Shown here: piece by piece, positions 31,889-42,640 of the stretch
How positions within the stretch are numbered: position 1 is the stretch's first letter
Layout: every line of letters starts with the position of its first letter
Virus record (IMG/VR): IMGVR_UViG_3300046832_002586
Location: 1 to 64,000 of that record
Origin: an uncultured virus (IMG/VR IMGVR_UViG_3300046832_002586)
Lineage: Duplodnaviria; Heunggongvirae; Uroviricota; Caudoviricetes
Length of the DNA stretch: 64,000 bases
Strand: one strand, 5' to 3'
Position numbers and translations under genes: made by a program
Notes under the pieces: model-generated
What the model was told of the DNA's origin: nothing
Seen by the model: only the letters and a program-made list of their open reading frames with translations
Database searches by the model: none

Positions 31889-32426
31889 ATTCTTTTGCTC
31901 TATTTGCTCTATCAGCCAATCCTATTGGGGTTCCCATATATGAACTAATTTGTTTTGCAATAAATGATACCCATTCATTTAATGCGTCGGAGTAGTCGTA
32001 CGGGTTTTCATCCCATAAAAAATCTAATAAACCATCAATGTCAAAATATTTCATCTCTTCTTCACCATCGTCATTTATATGTAAGTAAATTATACTTGAA
32101 TTTGGTATGTCCCAATTTTCTATTAATACTGTGGCATATCTTTCATCATTAATTTCTTCAACATAAACAGATGAATTTTTAAAATCTAACTCAACGTATG
32201 ACCCAACCTCTAAACTGTCTATTTCAATTTTAAATGGTCCATCTTTAGTTAATTTTTTGATTGATTTAGTTAATAATGTTTTGGTACCTTCTTCACCTAA
32301 AGATTTGTGCATGGACATGAGAAACTCTGATTGAGTCATGTCAAACATCTCCAAATATAAATTCATATTTGGGTTAGGGTATCCACCTCGGGATTTTAAA
32401 AATTTTACTATACCGTTAAAGTCCAT
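31887..32426 (-). CDS. hypothetical acidic protein
   Basis: 179 aa ORF. Confidence 0.7.
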   Translation of the reverse strand: MDFNGIVKFLKSRGGYPNPNMNLYLEMFDMTQSEFLMSMHKSLGEEGTKTLLTKSIKKLTKDGPFKIEIDSLEVGSYVELDFKNSSVYVEEINDERYATVLIENWDIPNSSIIYLHINDDGEEEMKYFDIDGLLDFLWDENPYDYSDALNEWVSFIAKQISSYMGTPIGLADRANRAKE

Positions 32427-33184
32427 AAGTAGTTATTTTCAATTTGGTTTTTTGCGTCCGAAATAAATTCAATTAATTCCTCAGGGTCTGAAGTTACCTC
32501 AATAACATAATTGGACACCCTTTTATAATTACTTTGTAATTCAACTTCAAAATCACTTTCATCCAATTTATGTAATTTATCAAAAGTTGAGTTTGAAATT
32601 TCGGGAACGCTACCATTTAAATTTTCTCTAAAATAATTGGCAACCACAGGATTAAAGGTTAGATAAGTAACTGTTGTAAATTTAGTTTTGTCGGGGTTTT
32701 CGACATCACCACCACCCTCACATTCACGACATTCAATATAACCGTCTCCATCACATTCGTCACAATCAAATTCACCTCCGCCTTGACACGAGTCGCAAGG
32801 CTCACCCGACACTTCTCCTGTTCCATCACAATCATTACATTCAACTGTTCCACTACCACCACAAATTGTACATTCTTCACGACCACTTCCCTCACAATCA
32901 CCACACGTTTCTAAAACACGTTCTTCGTTGTCGTAACCAAGAACTATTGCGGTACTGTTTTTAATTTTATTTATAATTTGGTCATAGGAATATCCTTTTC
33001 TATGTAGATATAACATAATTGCAAATATGGAATCATCATCATTTGTAAATCTCCTAAATCTTCCGCCATACTCCCAATCCCACAATTTATTAATTTGTAC
33101 GGTAATAAGGTCAAGTATGTTTGGCGTTTGGTCAAACAAGTAAGAGTATTTTAAAACTAATTGATAAATTTTCTCGTTGGTCAC
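32408..33184 (-). CDS. protein with DnaJ-type CxxCxGxG zinc-finger repeats, no J domain
   Basis: six CxxCxGxG repeats; TATTTAT upstream on the minus strand. Confidence 0.75.
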   Translation of the reverse strand: MTNEKIYQLVLKYSYLFDQTPNILDLITVQINKLWDWEYGGRFRRFTNDDDSIFAIMLYLHRKGYSYDQIINKIKNSTAIVLGYDNEERVLETCGDCEGSGREECTICGGSGTVECNDCDGTGEVSGEPCDSCQGGGEFDCDECDGDGYIECRECEGGGDVENPDKTKFTTVTYLTFNPVVANYFRENLNGSVPEISNSTFDKLHKLDESDFEVELQSNYKRVSNYVIEVTSDPEELIEFISDAKNQIENNYLWTLTV

Positions 33185-33266
33185 AGTATGACTTTTAATA
33201 TAAATACCGTAAAATTGAATTGATAGTATTTTTTTTCAACATTTGGTATGTATTATTAAAATAAAA

Positions 33267-33572
33267 ATGGAAATAAAAATCGCAACCCGTGAAATTTTGG
33301 AAAGACCAAATGATTTGGAACTCGGAAAATACGTTAGAGAAAAGTATTGGAATGAGATTAATAACCTTGTAAAAAATTCTGATGAACATGTCAAGTTAGT
33401 TGTTGACGATTACGGACATGTCGTTGGTATTGAAGAACGTTCTGACGATGAGTATGATAGTTGTGTTATTTGTGGTGGAAAAACAAGTTATACCAAAAAC
33501 ACACACGTTGATATAAGAAGAGGTTATGTTGATGGTGTTGGACAAACTTGTGACGGTTCTTGTAGAATTTAA
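33267..33572 (+). CDS. hypothetical zinc-binding protein
   Basis: CVICG...CDGSC; likely ATG at 33267. Confidence 0.6.
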   Translation: MEIKIATREILERPNDLELGKYVREKYWNEINNLVKNSDEHVKLVVDDYGHVVGIEERSDDEYDSCVICGGKTSYTKNTHVDIRRGYVDGVGQTCDGSCRI

Positions 33573-33577
33573 AAAAT

Positions 33578-34306
33578 ATGATTGATTATAGTTTATCTAA
33601 AAAATTAAGTTGTGTGTATCAAAATGCGCACCCATTCCCCTATACGGTAATTGATAATTTTTTACCTGATTATCTTTTGAAGAGAGTTCTTTCGGAATTA
33701 AAACAACACGATTATTGGTATCACAATAATCAAGAATGGGTTGAAAAGTATGAGGTAAATAAATTCTACACACCAAATCATGATACTGATATAATACAAT
33801 TAAAAAAACAAATACCACACACTTCTTTAGTTATTGATTATTTAAACACGCCTGAATTTTTAAATTTTCTTAAAGAATTGACAGGTCACTCAAATTTATA
33901 TTGTGATGATATTTTAATGGGTGGTGGTGTTCATAAAATCAATAGAGGTGGTAAGTTATCAATTCATACTGATTATAATAGACATCCTGAAACCAATCAT
34001 CGTAGAAAACTCAATTTGTTAATATACTTAAATAAAAATTGGGAAAAAGAATGGGGGGGAGATTTAGAATTGTGGGAAAAAGACTTTTCAAGGGAGTGTG
34101 TTAAGATTTCACCAATTTTTAATAGAGCGGTTATATTTGATATTGAAAATGCTCCTCACGGGCACCCTGTTCCTTTGAACACACCCGATAACATCTCAAG
34201 ATATTCTTTGGCGTTATATTATTTTACTGATGAGATACCTGAAAATCCAAAGACCGTACATTTTATTGATGACGATTACATTTTTAAGATGTCAAGATTA
34301 AAATAA
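33578..34306 (+). CDS. 2OG-Fe(II) oxygenase (prolyl-hydroxylase-like family)
   Basis: HTD facial-triad motif, GGDLELW, FNRAVIF, HGH, RYSLA. Confidence 0.88.
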   Translation: MIDYSLSKKLSCVYQNAHPFPYTVIDNFLPDYLLKRVLSELKQHDYWYHNNQEWVEKYEVNKFYTPNHDTDIIQLKKQIPHTSLVIDYLNTPEFLNFLKELTGHSNLYCDDILMGGGVHKINRGGKLSIHTDYNRHPETNHRRKLNLLIYLNKNWEKEWGGDLELWEKDFSRECVKISPIFNRAVIFDIENAPHGHPVPLNTPDNISRYSLALYYFTDEIPENPKTVHFIDDDYIFKMSRLK

Positions 34307-34367
34307 AAAAAAGTTTGGCAGTTCGGATTTTGCGCGTATCTTTGTAGTGTTAAAAAAAACCACTACT

Positions 34368-34847
34368 ATGACAAACACAATCTCTACCCCGACCCAATCA
34401 ATCATCAAAGTTACTGAAGGAACAATGGCAGGAGACGTATTCTACGGCTCCTTTGACACCACCACCAACGGCAAACGTCTGTCTGTTACTGTCTCTAACC
34501 ATATCAAAGACGTGAACGCTGAATATGAATTCCGTATCGTTGTTAAGTGTAGAGCGGGTTTCCTCGTCATCCACGACACCAAAGGTACCGCTCAGTCTGT
34601 TATCGCAGGGTACAAGAAAAACTCTTTGGTAAACGTTCAAGTTAAGGTGACTTACGACAATGGAATGGAATTATGGCACAATGTTTTCACAACTAAAGGA
34701 AACAAGTGGCACGGAATCGATAAAGGTTTCTTGGATGTGTTGACCGTTGGTGACATGAGAAGTAGTTTCCCCAACATGTGTGACATGAATATTTGGGACT
34801 TCATGGGAGCTAAAACTTGGGCTGACAAAGCCTTCACTCAAAACTAA
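34368..34847 (+). CDS. hypothetical early protein
   Basis: own TATCTTTG promoter (34337) and downstream terminator. Confidence 0.7.
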   Translation: MTNTISTPTQSIIKVTEGTMAGDVFYGSFDTTTNGKRLSVTVSNHIKDVNAEYEFRIVVKCRAGFLVIHDTKGTAQSVIAGYKKNSLVNVQVKVTYDNGMELWHNVFTTKGNKWHGIDKGFLDVLTVGDMRSSFPNMCDMNIWDFMGAKTWADKAFTQN

Positions 34848-34855
34848 GAGTGAGA

Positions 34856-34887
34856 ATCCCCTCTGAAAAAAAGAGGGGATTTTTTTT
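34856..34887 (+). terminator. intrinsic terminator
   Basis: ATCCCCTCT...AGAGGGGAT plus T-tract. Confidence 0.8.
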
Positions 34888-34933
34888 CTTTTTGCTTGTG
34901 GGAATGAAGTTTATTTGTATCTTTGTATAACAA

Positions 34934-35689
34934 ATGACAACAACCATGACTGACACCATCAAAATCACCGAGAAAGTTCGTAACTACCAAGGAAACAACA
35001 GTTTTATCAACAAAATGAAAGATTCCCTTAATCAGTGGGGACGTTTAACACCAAAACAAATGGAAACCGCAGAGAAATGTCTTAACAGTCAACCAACCAA
35101 GGTAACTGTAGATGAGCGTCCCGAGCTCAAACGTATCGTAGAATACACAGGGGAGAGTAAGTTCGTAAAGGACATCGCCGAGAAGTTCCAAAAGTGGGGA
35201 ACTTTGACTGACAAACAAATCACAGTGGCAATCGCTCAGATTGACAAGGAGGAATACAAAGACAAGGTTCTTAAACTACGTATTCCGACTCCTGGCGAGA
35301 CTGTCTTGATTGGTCGTAAGATTGGCCAACAACTCAAAGAAACTTACGGTCTTGAGTTTAATCCAACCTTAATTGACATCACCAAGATGTTGGGTATATC
35401 ACCAAAGGCTGTGAAGTTCCAAGGTAAGATGACGGTAAAACGTAGTAAGGTTTGTATGTGTTGTGCCAAGACCTTGACTGATGAGTTCTCAATGTTGACT
35501 GGTATGGGTAAGATTTGTTCTAAACACATGAGGGTCCCATACATCACCGACAGGTCTCAGGCGACCCAATACCGTGAGGACTACCTCAAACGAGTGGAAG
35601 AGATTGGTTTGATGGAGTTTTGGATTCCAAGGTCACAAATCAAAAAGTGGGATGGTGACAGGAGTATCATGTTGGAAATGTTGTCCTAA
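34934..35689 (+). CDS. protein with duplicated N-terminal module and DUF6011-like zinc finger
   Basis: repeated WGRLTPKQ / WGTLTDKQ; CMCCAKTLTD...GMGKIC. Confidence 0.65.
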   Translation: MTTTMTDTIKITEKVRNYQGNNSFINKMKDSLNQWGRLTPKQMETAEKCLNSQPTKVTVDERPELKRIVEYTGESKFVKDIAEKFQKWGTLTDKQITVAIAQIDKEEYKDKVLKLRIPTPGETVLIGRKIGQQLKETYGLEFNPTLIDITKMLGISPKAVKFQGKMTVKRSKVCMCCAKTLTDEFSMLTGMGKICSKHMRVPYITDRSQATQYREDYLKRVEEIGLMEFWIPRSQIKKWDGDRSIMLEMLS

Positions 35690-35754
35690 AGTGTGAGGGT
35701 CTCTGTAAAAGGAGACCCTTGACACATAGAGTTATTTACCTATAATTTGTTTGT

Positions 35755-37002
35755 ATGCAGACAAAAAAACCATCGGCAATCGTTTACGGTTGGCACACTT
35801 TGGGGGAGATTATATTACATTCAGACATTTATTGGGAGGAACACCTTCATGATGAGGTTGTGATTTATTCTTTACCCTATGAGAATAGAGTCATTGAAGA
35901 TTACACACAGTATAAGCCCGACCTAATCATTTCTTTTGATGAGAACATTGAAATACCACATTTCCATTTAACGAGATTTCATATTCACTATGATGAACCG
36001 TTACCTGATATGGTCTTGGCAAACGTAATTGTATGTCAGTCTGTTTTCAGAAACACCGACTACATACGTCCACGGTTCTCAGTATTCACTCCAACGTATA
36101 AGACAAACGAAAGGATTTACAGAACCTATGAGAGTCTGAAAAAACAAACATTTACCAATTGGGAATGGATTGTGTTGGATGATTCACCTGATGAGATTAC
36201 GTGGAATATCCTCAAGAAAATCGCTGAGAATGACTATAGAGTAAAACCACATAAATTGTATCCAATTACAGGTGGTAACGTTGGTTTGGCAAAACACAGA
36301 GCAGCAACACTTGGTGATGGGGATTGGTTGGTTGAGTTGGACCATGATGATGCATTAACTTCAGAGTGTTTACAAATCTCTCACGATGCAATCCTTCAAT
36401 ATCCCGATGCTGGTTTCCTATACACAGACGTTACCGAGTGTTACGAGGATGGTGAGTTCAAATACTATGACCACGATTGGTCAGGTGATTGGTATGCAAG
36501 ACACGACAATTACTTTGACTTTGGATATGCTGGTCATACCAAAGTTATGGTTGATGGTGTTGAGAGACTGGCACATTGGTACCCTGATATCAACCCATTG
36601 TCTATACGGTTTAACATATCAATGCCAAACCACGTTAGAATGTGGGAAAGAAAACTATATCATGAGATTGGTGGACACAATAAGTTGACACCTGTTGCTG
36701 ATGACTTTGAACTTATTGTTCATACATTTCTACATACACGAATGATTCACGTCAAAAAAATGTTATACATCCAATATAACAACAAAAACTCAACGGTTGA
36801 TAACAACGCGACAGACATCAATCGTAGAGCAAGATTAATCCGAGACCATTACGACAAACGAATTCATGAGAGAATCATTGAGTTAGGTTTTGAAGATTGG
36901 AATTGGGATGAAGAACTGGGTCACTCTCAGAAGTTTCAAAACCGTGGGGGAGTGAGAAAGTATCATAATGAAGAACAAATAATGAATTACATCTATGAAT
37001 AA
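35755..37002 (+). CDS. glycosyltransferase family 2
   Basis: SVFTPTY...WIVLDDS...ELDHDD...ADD. Confidence 0.88.
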   Translation: MQTKKPSAIVYGWHTLGEIILHSDIYWEEHLHDEVVIYSLPYENRVIEDYTQYKPDLIISFDENIEIPHFHLTRFHIHYDEPLPDMVLANVIVCQSVFRNTDYIRPRFSVFTPTYKTNERIYRTYESLKKQTFTNWEWIVLDDSPDEITWNILKKIAENDYRVKPHKLYPITGGNVGLAKHRAATLGDGDWLVELDHDDALTSECLQISHDAILQYPDAGFLYTDVTECYEDGEFKYYDHDWSGDWYARHDNYFDFGYAGHTKVMVDGVERLAHWYPDINPLSIRFNISMPNHVRMWERKLYHEIGGHNKLTPVADDFELIVHTFLHTRMIHVKKMLYIQYNNKNSTVDNNATDINRRARLIRDHYDKRIHERIIELGFEDWNWDEELGHSQKFQNRGGVRKYHNEEQIMNYIYE

Positions 37003-38158
37003 TAACAAGAAAATTAAATTGTGTTTAAACGCAATGGTTGCCAACGAGGCGCCAACAATAACCCGAATGTTAGAAACAGTGTGGAAACACATTGACTATT
37101 GGGTTATCCAAGATAACGGTTCAAAAGACGGAACTCAGGACATTATCCGTGACTTCTTTGCGGAAAAAGGAATCCCTGGTTTACTCTATGAGATTGAATG
37201 GCAATATCCAGGTTGGAACCGAGACCATACCTTGAAGACATGTCTCCAAACAGACCACGGATGTCAATGGATTTTGAGGATGGATGCTGATGAGATTCTT
37301 GAGGTTGATGAAGATTTTGATTGGTCCGTATTGGATGACTTGAGTGTGGATTCTTATAATGTAATTGCACATGCAAACGGTATGAGATACTACCGAACTT
37401 GGTTGTGGAATGCTGACCGACCATGGTTCTTCCAACACGATAAAAGACACGAAACAATCCACTTACCTGAAATCGGTGAAGGGTTTGTTAGAGTTACTCT
37501 CCCTGAAGGATTTAGACACGTGGTTCACAGTGACGGACAGACTTGGCATGTTCCAAGGAAGTTCTTGAAAGACGCTTTGGAACTTGAAATTGACAAAGTG
37601 GTTGGTAATACCGTTAGAGAAGATTTATATCACCTTTGGTACGTTGCAAAATCATACTCTGACTGTTGGGGTAAGTCTGATGAACTTCCATTTGGATTAG
37701 ACCACTCAAAAGAATTTGCTAGAAGATGTATTTTCTACTATGAAAAGTTCATGGAGTATTCTCATAACTATTATGTAACTGGTAGACCTGCAAGAATTGA
37801 TGAGATGGCTTACTTCGCATTTATCTTGATGGGTCAGGCTTGGGAAGTAATTGGTGACTTGGAGAAGGCTGAAAAGTGTTTTCATCAGGCAGAGGCGTTC
37901 GCACCAACAAGAAACGAACACTTACTCTACCTGTGTTTCTTCTTGGAGACTCAAAGAAGATACGATGAAATCTATGGACACTTACAAATTATGATGGGAC
38001 AAGAAAGAGTGAATCCATTCCCTCAGATGTGTTTCTTGATTGAAGACCGTTGTTACCATAACACATCAAATTTCTTACAAGAGTGGTCAGATAAACTCAA
38101 ACGTAGAATTGAGGAACCTGTATTAAGTTCTGACGGTGTTGAATTTGATTTCGAATAA
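36995..38158 (+). CDS. glycosyltransferase (GT2-like) with TPR tail
   Basis: DNGSKDGT, MDADE, HE motif, C-terminal TPR-like helices. Confidence 0.82.
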   Translation: MNNNKKIKLCLNAMVANEAPTITRMLETVWKHIDYWVIQDNGSKDGTQDIIRDFFAEKGIPGLLYEIEWQYPGWNRDHTLKTCLQTDHGCQWILRMDADEILEVDEDFDWSVLDDLSVDSYNVIAHANGMRYYRTWLWNADRPWFFQHDKRHETIHLPEIGEGFVRVTLPEGFRHVVHSDGQTWHVPRKFLKDALELEIDKVVGNTVREDLYHLWYVAKSYSDCWGKSDELPFGLDHSKEFARRCIFYYEKFMEYSHNYYVTGRPARIDEMAYFAFILMGQAWEVIGDLEKAEKCFHQAEAFAPTRNEHLLYLCFFLETQRRYDEIYGHLQIMMGQERVNPFPQMCFLIEDRCYHNTSNFLQEWSDKLKRRIEEPVLSSDGVEFDFE

Positions 38159-39248
38159 GAAATATGATTATCTAATCGTAGGTGCAGGACTCTTTGGAGC
38201 AACCTGTGCCTACGAGTTGGGTAAAAATCATAGAGTACTTGTAATAGATAAAAGAAGTCACATTGGGGGTAACTGTTACACCGAAGATGTTGACGGAATT
38301 CATGTTCACCGATACGGTGCTCACATCTTTCATACAGATAGTAAAAAGATATGGGATTGGGTAAACCAATTTGCAGATTTTAAACAGTTTGTTAATTCAC
38401 CCATAGCAAACTACAAAGAAGAACTATACACCCTTCCATTTAATATGTGGACGTTTTACCAACTGTGGGGTGTGAAGACAGAAGAACAGGCAAGAGCGAA
38501 GATAGAGGAACAAAGATACAAGGGTCCTGTAACTAACTTAGAGCAACAAGCCTTGTCTATGGTCGGTACCGACATATATGAAAAGTTTATTAAGGGATAT
38601 ACTGAGAAACAGTGGGGGAAGAAATGTACGGAACTACCTGCGTCAATCATTAAGAGAATACCTGTAAGGTTTACGTGGGACAATAATTACTTCAACGATA
38701 GATACCAAGGTATTCCTGTTGGTGGGTATACACAAATATTTGAAAAGTTATTGGATAATGTTGATGTGTTCTTGAACCAAGACTTCTTTGAAAACAAAGG
38801 AATGTGGGAAGAAGTTGCTGATAAGATAATCTACACAGGTCCGATTGATAAATTTTTTAATTACGAACATGGTAGATTGGAATACCGTAGTTTGACATGG
38901 GAGAACGTCCACATTACCTCTCACAGTTTCCAAGGACATCCTGTGGTTAATTACACAGACAGTGATACACCATTTACAAGGATTTTAGAACATAAGTTCT
39001 TTGACTATCAAAATCAAAAAACAAGTTATGTTAGTAAAGAATATCCCTGTGACTACACAGGTGATAACGAGCCTTATTATCCAATCAAGGATGATACAAA
39101 TAGTGAGATTTACACCAAATACAAAATACAAGGTGATAAACTTGAGAAGTATATGTTTGGTGGTAGGTTAGGAACCTATCAATACTATGATATGCACCAA
39201 GTGATTGCTCAGGCACTTCATCTTTATCAGAAAATAAAAATGGGTTAG
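38136..39248 (+). CDS. glf: UDP-galactopyranose mutase
   Basis: GAGLFG FAD motif, HIGGNCY, YGAHIFHT, EPYYP, GRLGTYQYYDM. Confidence 0.95.
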   Translation: MLNLISNKKYDYLIVGAGLFGATCAYELGKNHRVLVIDKRSHIGGNCYTEDVDGIHVHRYGAHIFHTDSKKIWDWVNQFADFKQFVNSPIANYKEELYTLPFNMWTFYQLWGVKTEEQARAKIEEQRYKGPVTNLEQQALSMVGTDIYEKFIKGYTEKQWGKKCTELPASIIKRIPVRFTWDNNYFNDRYQGIPVGGYTQIFEKLLDNVDVFLNQDFFENKGMWEEVADKIIYTGPIDKFFNYEHGRLEYRSLTWENVHITSHSFQGHPVVNYTDSDTPFTRILEHKFFDYQNQKTSYVSKEYPCDYTGDNEPYYPIKDDTNSEIYTKYKIQGDKLEKYMFGGRLGTYQYYDMHQVIAQALHLYQKIKMG

Positions 39249-39251
39249 GTT

Positions 39252-39539
39252 TTACTCAAATGAAACATCTGTACAACAGAATGAATCGTTAGATATTTGT
39301 GAAATGATGTTGGTGATTTTTGACTTGAGTCTATTAGCGATGGCGATTCTATCAACAAACTCAGAATCTGTATAGATTTTTAATCCATAAACCCAATCAC
39401 ACATGGCTGACATGACAGGTGACTTAAATAAAAATGTTATATCAACACGGTATACATCAGATAAAATAGGGTCTTTCTTGATTGCCGACTTGACAATCTT
39501 TTGTAGAGACCTTTTTAATATGAGATTTTTATCTGGCAT
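39252..39539 (-). CDS. hypothetical protein
   Basis: 95 aa; TATTTAT upstream on the minus strand. Confidence 0.6.
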   Translation of the reverse strand: MPDKNLILKRSLQKIVKSAIKKDPILSDVYRVDITFLFKSPVMSAMCDWVYGLKIYTDSEFVDRIAIANRLKSKITNIISQISNDSFCCTDVSFE

Positions 39540-39641
39540 GTTTTGGTTAGTATAAACATAAATACTTAAATGTCCTCATTTATGTTTTAATAAACGAGGT
39601 ATTTCTTATATTATAGGTATTTATTTTTTAAAGGTCATTCA

Positions 39642-40352
39642 ATGAAAAGACGATTAGTAGAAGATATTAAGAGACAACAGAAATTAATGAATATTGAAGA
39701 ACAATCATTTTTTGATGTTGCGAAATTCATGCAAGGTAGTTCTACACCACAAGATGCGACATTTGTTAGTGTAGATACCAAAATTCCTCAAGTATCTCCA
39801 GGTTCTTTTGAAGAAATTACAAATAAAGTTATTAGTGCTTTAGAGGGTGGTTATTACCATCCTAATATGAATAAAGGTGCGATGGGCAACTCAGGTGAAA
39901 CTATGATGGGTATTGATAGAAGACATGGTGGTGATATTAACACTTCACCTGATGGAATAGAATTTTGGAAAATTATTGATAATGCCGAAGCTAGCTCAAA
40001 TTGGAAACACAATTACATGGGTGGTAATTTAGAACCAAAATTGAGAAGTTTGGTTGCTAAGATGATGAAACCATTCTTTTTGAAGAATATGAATAATTAT
40101 CTTTCACCTGAAGCGAGAAAGATAGTTGAGTCAAATCCTAATTTAATGTTTCACTTTGTCTACAGTACATGGAACGGACCAGGTTGGTTTAGAAAGTTTG
40201 CAACAAAGATAAATGATGCAGTTAAGAAAGGTATTACCGACCCAAACAAGCTAATTGAAATTGCAATACGTTCAAGAATAGATTCGGGTAATAGTATTAT
40301 TGCTCAAGGTGGTAAAAAGATTGACAATATATTAGGTACCAACGTAGCCTAA
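39642..40352 (+). CDS. putative lysozyme-fold (GH108-like) peptidoglycan hydrolase
   Basis: LEGGY...GETMMGI motif after an N-terminal leader. Confidence 0.6.
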   Translation: MKRRLVEDIKRQQKLMNIEEQSFFDVAKFMQGSSTPQDATFVSVDTKIPQVSPGSFEEITNKVISALEGGYYHPNMNKGAMGNSGETMMGIDRRHGGDINTSPDGIEFWKIIDNAEASSNWKHNYMGGNLEPKLRSLVAKMMKPFFLKNMNNYLSPEARKIVESNPNLMFHFVYSTWNGPGWFRKFATKINDAVKKGITDPNKLIEIAIRSRIDSGNSIIAQGGKKIDNILGTNVA

Positions 40353-40509
40353 AAAAAGGAGGAGAACAAGTCCCCTCCTAAAAGTCTGGTCTAACACTAA
40401 TCAACACTCTTGGACAACCAGCCAACCCTCAAGTTATTATACAATCATAAGGGTAGAAATATTTTTATCAAGTCTTTGTAATGTGAAATATTGAAGTTAC
40501 TTTTGTGGT

Positions 40510-40599
40510 ATGAAAATTCGCAAAAAGTATTGGGGTCTCATCGGATGGTGTGTCTTATTTTTCTTTGTACTCATCGTATCATTAATAGTTCACTCATGA
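40510..40599 (+). CDS. 29 aa membrane peptide (not in ORF track)
   Basis: MKIRKKYWGLIGWCVLFFFVLIVSLIVHS right after TACTTTTG promoter; ATGA-coupled to the next gene. Confidence 0.5.
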   Translation: MKIRKKYWGLIGWCVLFFFVLIVSLIVHS

Positions 40600-41249
40600 A
40601 AATAATATTAGAAAAAGGTCAAGGGTTGTTTTTTACTTCAGACACTCACTACAACCACGCAAATATCTGTCGTGCAACCACAAATTGGGGTGGGCAGGAT
40701 AATTTAACAAGAGATTATAAATCACTTGAACATATGAACAGTACGTTGGTTAATAGAATCAATGAACTTGTTGGTGAGAATGATATTCTAATTCACTTGG
40801 GTGATTGGTCTTTTGGTGGATTTGAATCCATTCAAGACTTCAGGGACCGAATTGTTTGTAAGAACGTTCACTTGGTATATGGTAACCACGACCAACACAT
40901 CCGTAGGAATAAAGGTGGAATCCAAGATATATTCTCTTCTTGTCATGATTACTTGCACTTGGATGTGAGGAAACCCAATGGTAAAGAAGTTGATAAGTTT
41001 TCTTTGGTGTGTATGCACTACCCGATTGCTTCATGGAACGGTATGAACGACGGTGTGATTCACTTACACGGTCACGTTCACTTACCACAACAACTGAGGT
41101 TACATGAGGGTAAGGCTATGGACGTTGGTGTTGATGGTAATGAGTTATATCCAATTTCTTTGGAGGAAATCAGAAGTATTATGAAAGGGAGACCACACGT
41201 TAAGTTGTCACTACCTCAAGACCATCACGAGAAACGAATCAATAGTTAG
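40596..41249 (+). CDS. calcineurin-like metallophosphoesterase
   Basis: SDTH, HLGD, GNHD, HYP, HGHVH motifs; likely ATG at 40596. Confidence 0.9.
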   Translation: MKIILEKGQGLFFTSDTHYNHANICRATTNWGGQDNLTRDYKSLEHMNSTLVNRINELVGENDILIHLGDWSFGGFESIQDFRDRIVCKNVHLVYGNHDQHIRRNKGGIQDIFSSCHDYLHLDVRKPNGKEVDKFSLVCMHYPIASWNGMNDGVIHLHGHVHLPQQLRLHEGKAMDVGVDGNELYPISLEEIRSIMKGRPHVKLSLPQDHHEKRINS

Positions 41250-41427
41250 TATACTTTTGTTTTCTTGAGAATGGAGATTGGAAAAATGACTTCAAGTATT
41301 GTTTGAAAATTTTCCATCTCCATTTTCTACTATTGAAATCAATAATTTCTTTTTCTATCTTTATGTTCTGTTTCTTTTTAATTAAGTCCCAAAGTTCAGG
41401 ATTAATAATTGACTTATCTTGTTTCAT
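41239..41427 (-). CDS. hypothetical protein
   Basis: 62 aa ORF filling an intergenic gap. Confidence 0.45.
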   Translation of the reverse strand: MKQDKSIINPELWDLIKKKQNIKIEKEIIDFNSRKWRWKIFKQYLKSFFQSPFSRKQKYTNY

Positions 41428-41453
41428 ATCAATAAATAATATATCTTTACAAA

Positions 41454-41858
41454 ATGAAAAATCTATACCTTCTTCGTGGATTACCTGGTTCGGGTAAGTC
41501 TACATTAGCCCGTGAGATTGGGGATGCCTTTGTTGAAGCCGATATGTTCTTCAACTCAGACGGTGAATATAAATTTGATGGTTCCAAAATCAAAGACGCT
41601 CATGCGTGGTGTAAGGCAACTGTTCGTGAGTGGATGGAAATCAACTTTAACACTTACGGTTTGGAATATGAAAACATTGTGGTTTCAAACACCTTCACTC
41701 AAGAGTGGGAGATGGAGGATTATTATGAGTTGGCTAAAGAATATGGTTACAAAGTGTTCTCAATTATTGTTGAAAACCGACATGGGGGTATTAACATACA
41801 CGAATGTCCTGAAGAGAAAATTGAACAAATGAGAAATCGTTTTGAAATCAAACTATGA
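41454..41858 (+). CDS. P-loop kinase (AAA_33-like)
   Basis: LLRGLPGSGKST Walker A; VVSNTF. Confidence 0.85.
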   Translation: MKNLYLLRGLPGSGKSTLAREIGDAFVEADMFFNSDGEYKFDGSKIKDAHAWCKATVREWMEINFNTYGLEYENIVVSNTFTQEWEMEDYYELAKEYGYKVFSIIVENRHGGINIHECPEEKIEQMRNRFEIKL

Positions 41859-42298
41859 CTTGGAAGGAATATTTTCTCAACATAGCGGAGGCTGTAAAAC
41901 TCAAGAGTAAAGACCAACGAACTCAAATCGGTGCGGTTATTGTTGGTCAGGATAAGGAAATCGTAAGCACTGGGTTTAATTCATTTCCAAGGGGTATCAA
42001 TGACTTTGTTGAGGAAAGGCAACAAAGACCTGAGAAATACTTTTGGATGGAACATGCGGAAAGAAATGCTCTTTACAATGCTGCACGTATTGGAGTATCT
42101 ACAAAGGGAACATCAATGTATCTCACCTGTGGTATTCCTTGTACGGATTGTGCCAAGGGCATTATTTCTGCTGGTGTAAAGGAAATTTATTGTAAGACAG
42201 AAGACACAACCAAAAACCGTGAATATTGGGATGAACATGCTAAACGAAGTTTGGTTATGTTTAAAGAGGCGGGAGTTGAGATTTTTTTCTACGAATAA
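41855..42298 (+). CDS. dCMP deaminase
   Basis: HAERNA and PCTDC zinc motifs. Confidence 0.9.
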   Translation: MTWKEYFLNIAEAVKLKSKDQRTQIGAVIVGQDKEIVSTGFNSFPRGINDFVEERQQRPEKYFWMEHAERNALYNAARIGVSTKGTSMYLTCGIPCTDCAKGIISAGVKEIYCKTEDTTKNREYWDEHAKRSLVMFKEAGVEIFFYE

Positions 42299-42341
42299 TT
42301 TGACTTCACCATTTTAACCAACTAAATTTTAAAAAAAACAA

Positions 42342-42635
42342 ATGACCGTATACACAATTTTAGTACCACTTGGATGGATATGTCTATTACTCTCTTGGAT
42401 AGTTGGATATGTTATGTCAAACAAAGAACAAAAAGAAATTAATAACGCGATTTCAAATTTTCAAGAAACCGCCAAAACGGGTGATAATGATTTAATGAAC
42501 AATATGATGGAAGAATATAACAAGGCAATAAAGAAAAGAATTTCTTTAGGTGGCTCACATTCAGTCAGAATTGCACTTTCAATAATTGGACTTGGATTTT
42601 TTATTGCAAACATTTTACTATACTTAACAAAATAA
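42342..42635 (+). CDS. two-TM membrane protein
   Basis: hydrophobic N- and C-terminal segments. Confidence 0.65.
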   Translation: MTVYTILVPLGWICLLLSWIVGYVMSNKEQKEINNAISNFQETAKTGDNDLMNNMMEEYNKAIKKRISLGGSHSVRIALSIIGLGFFIANILLYLTK

Positions 42636-42640
42636 CGATT

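Noticed and set aside
40353..40460. Possible minus-strand small RNA ending in a terminator hairpin
   Set aside because: The promoter match is weak and the structure is limited; it is explainable as a terminator plus spacer.
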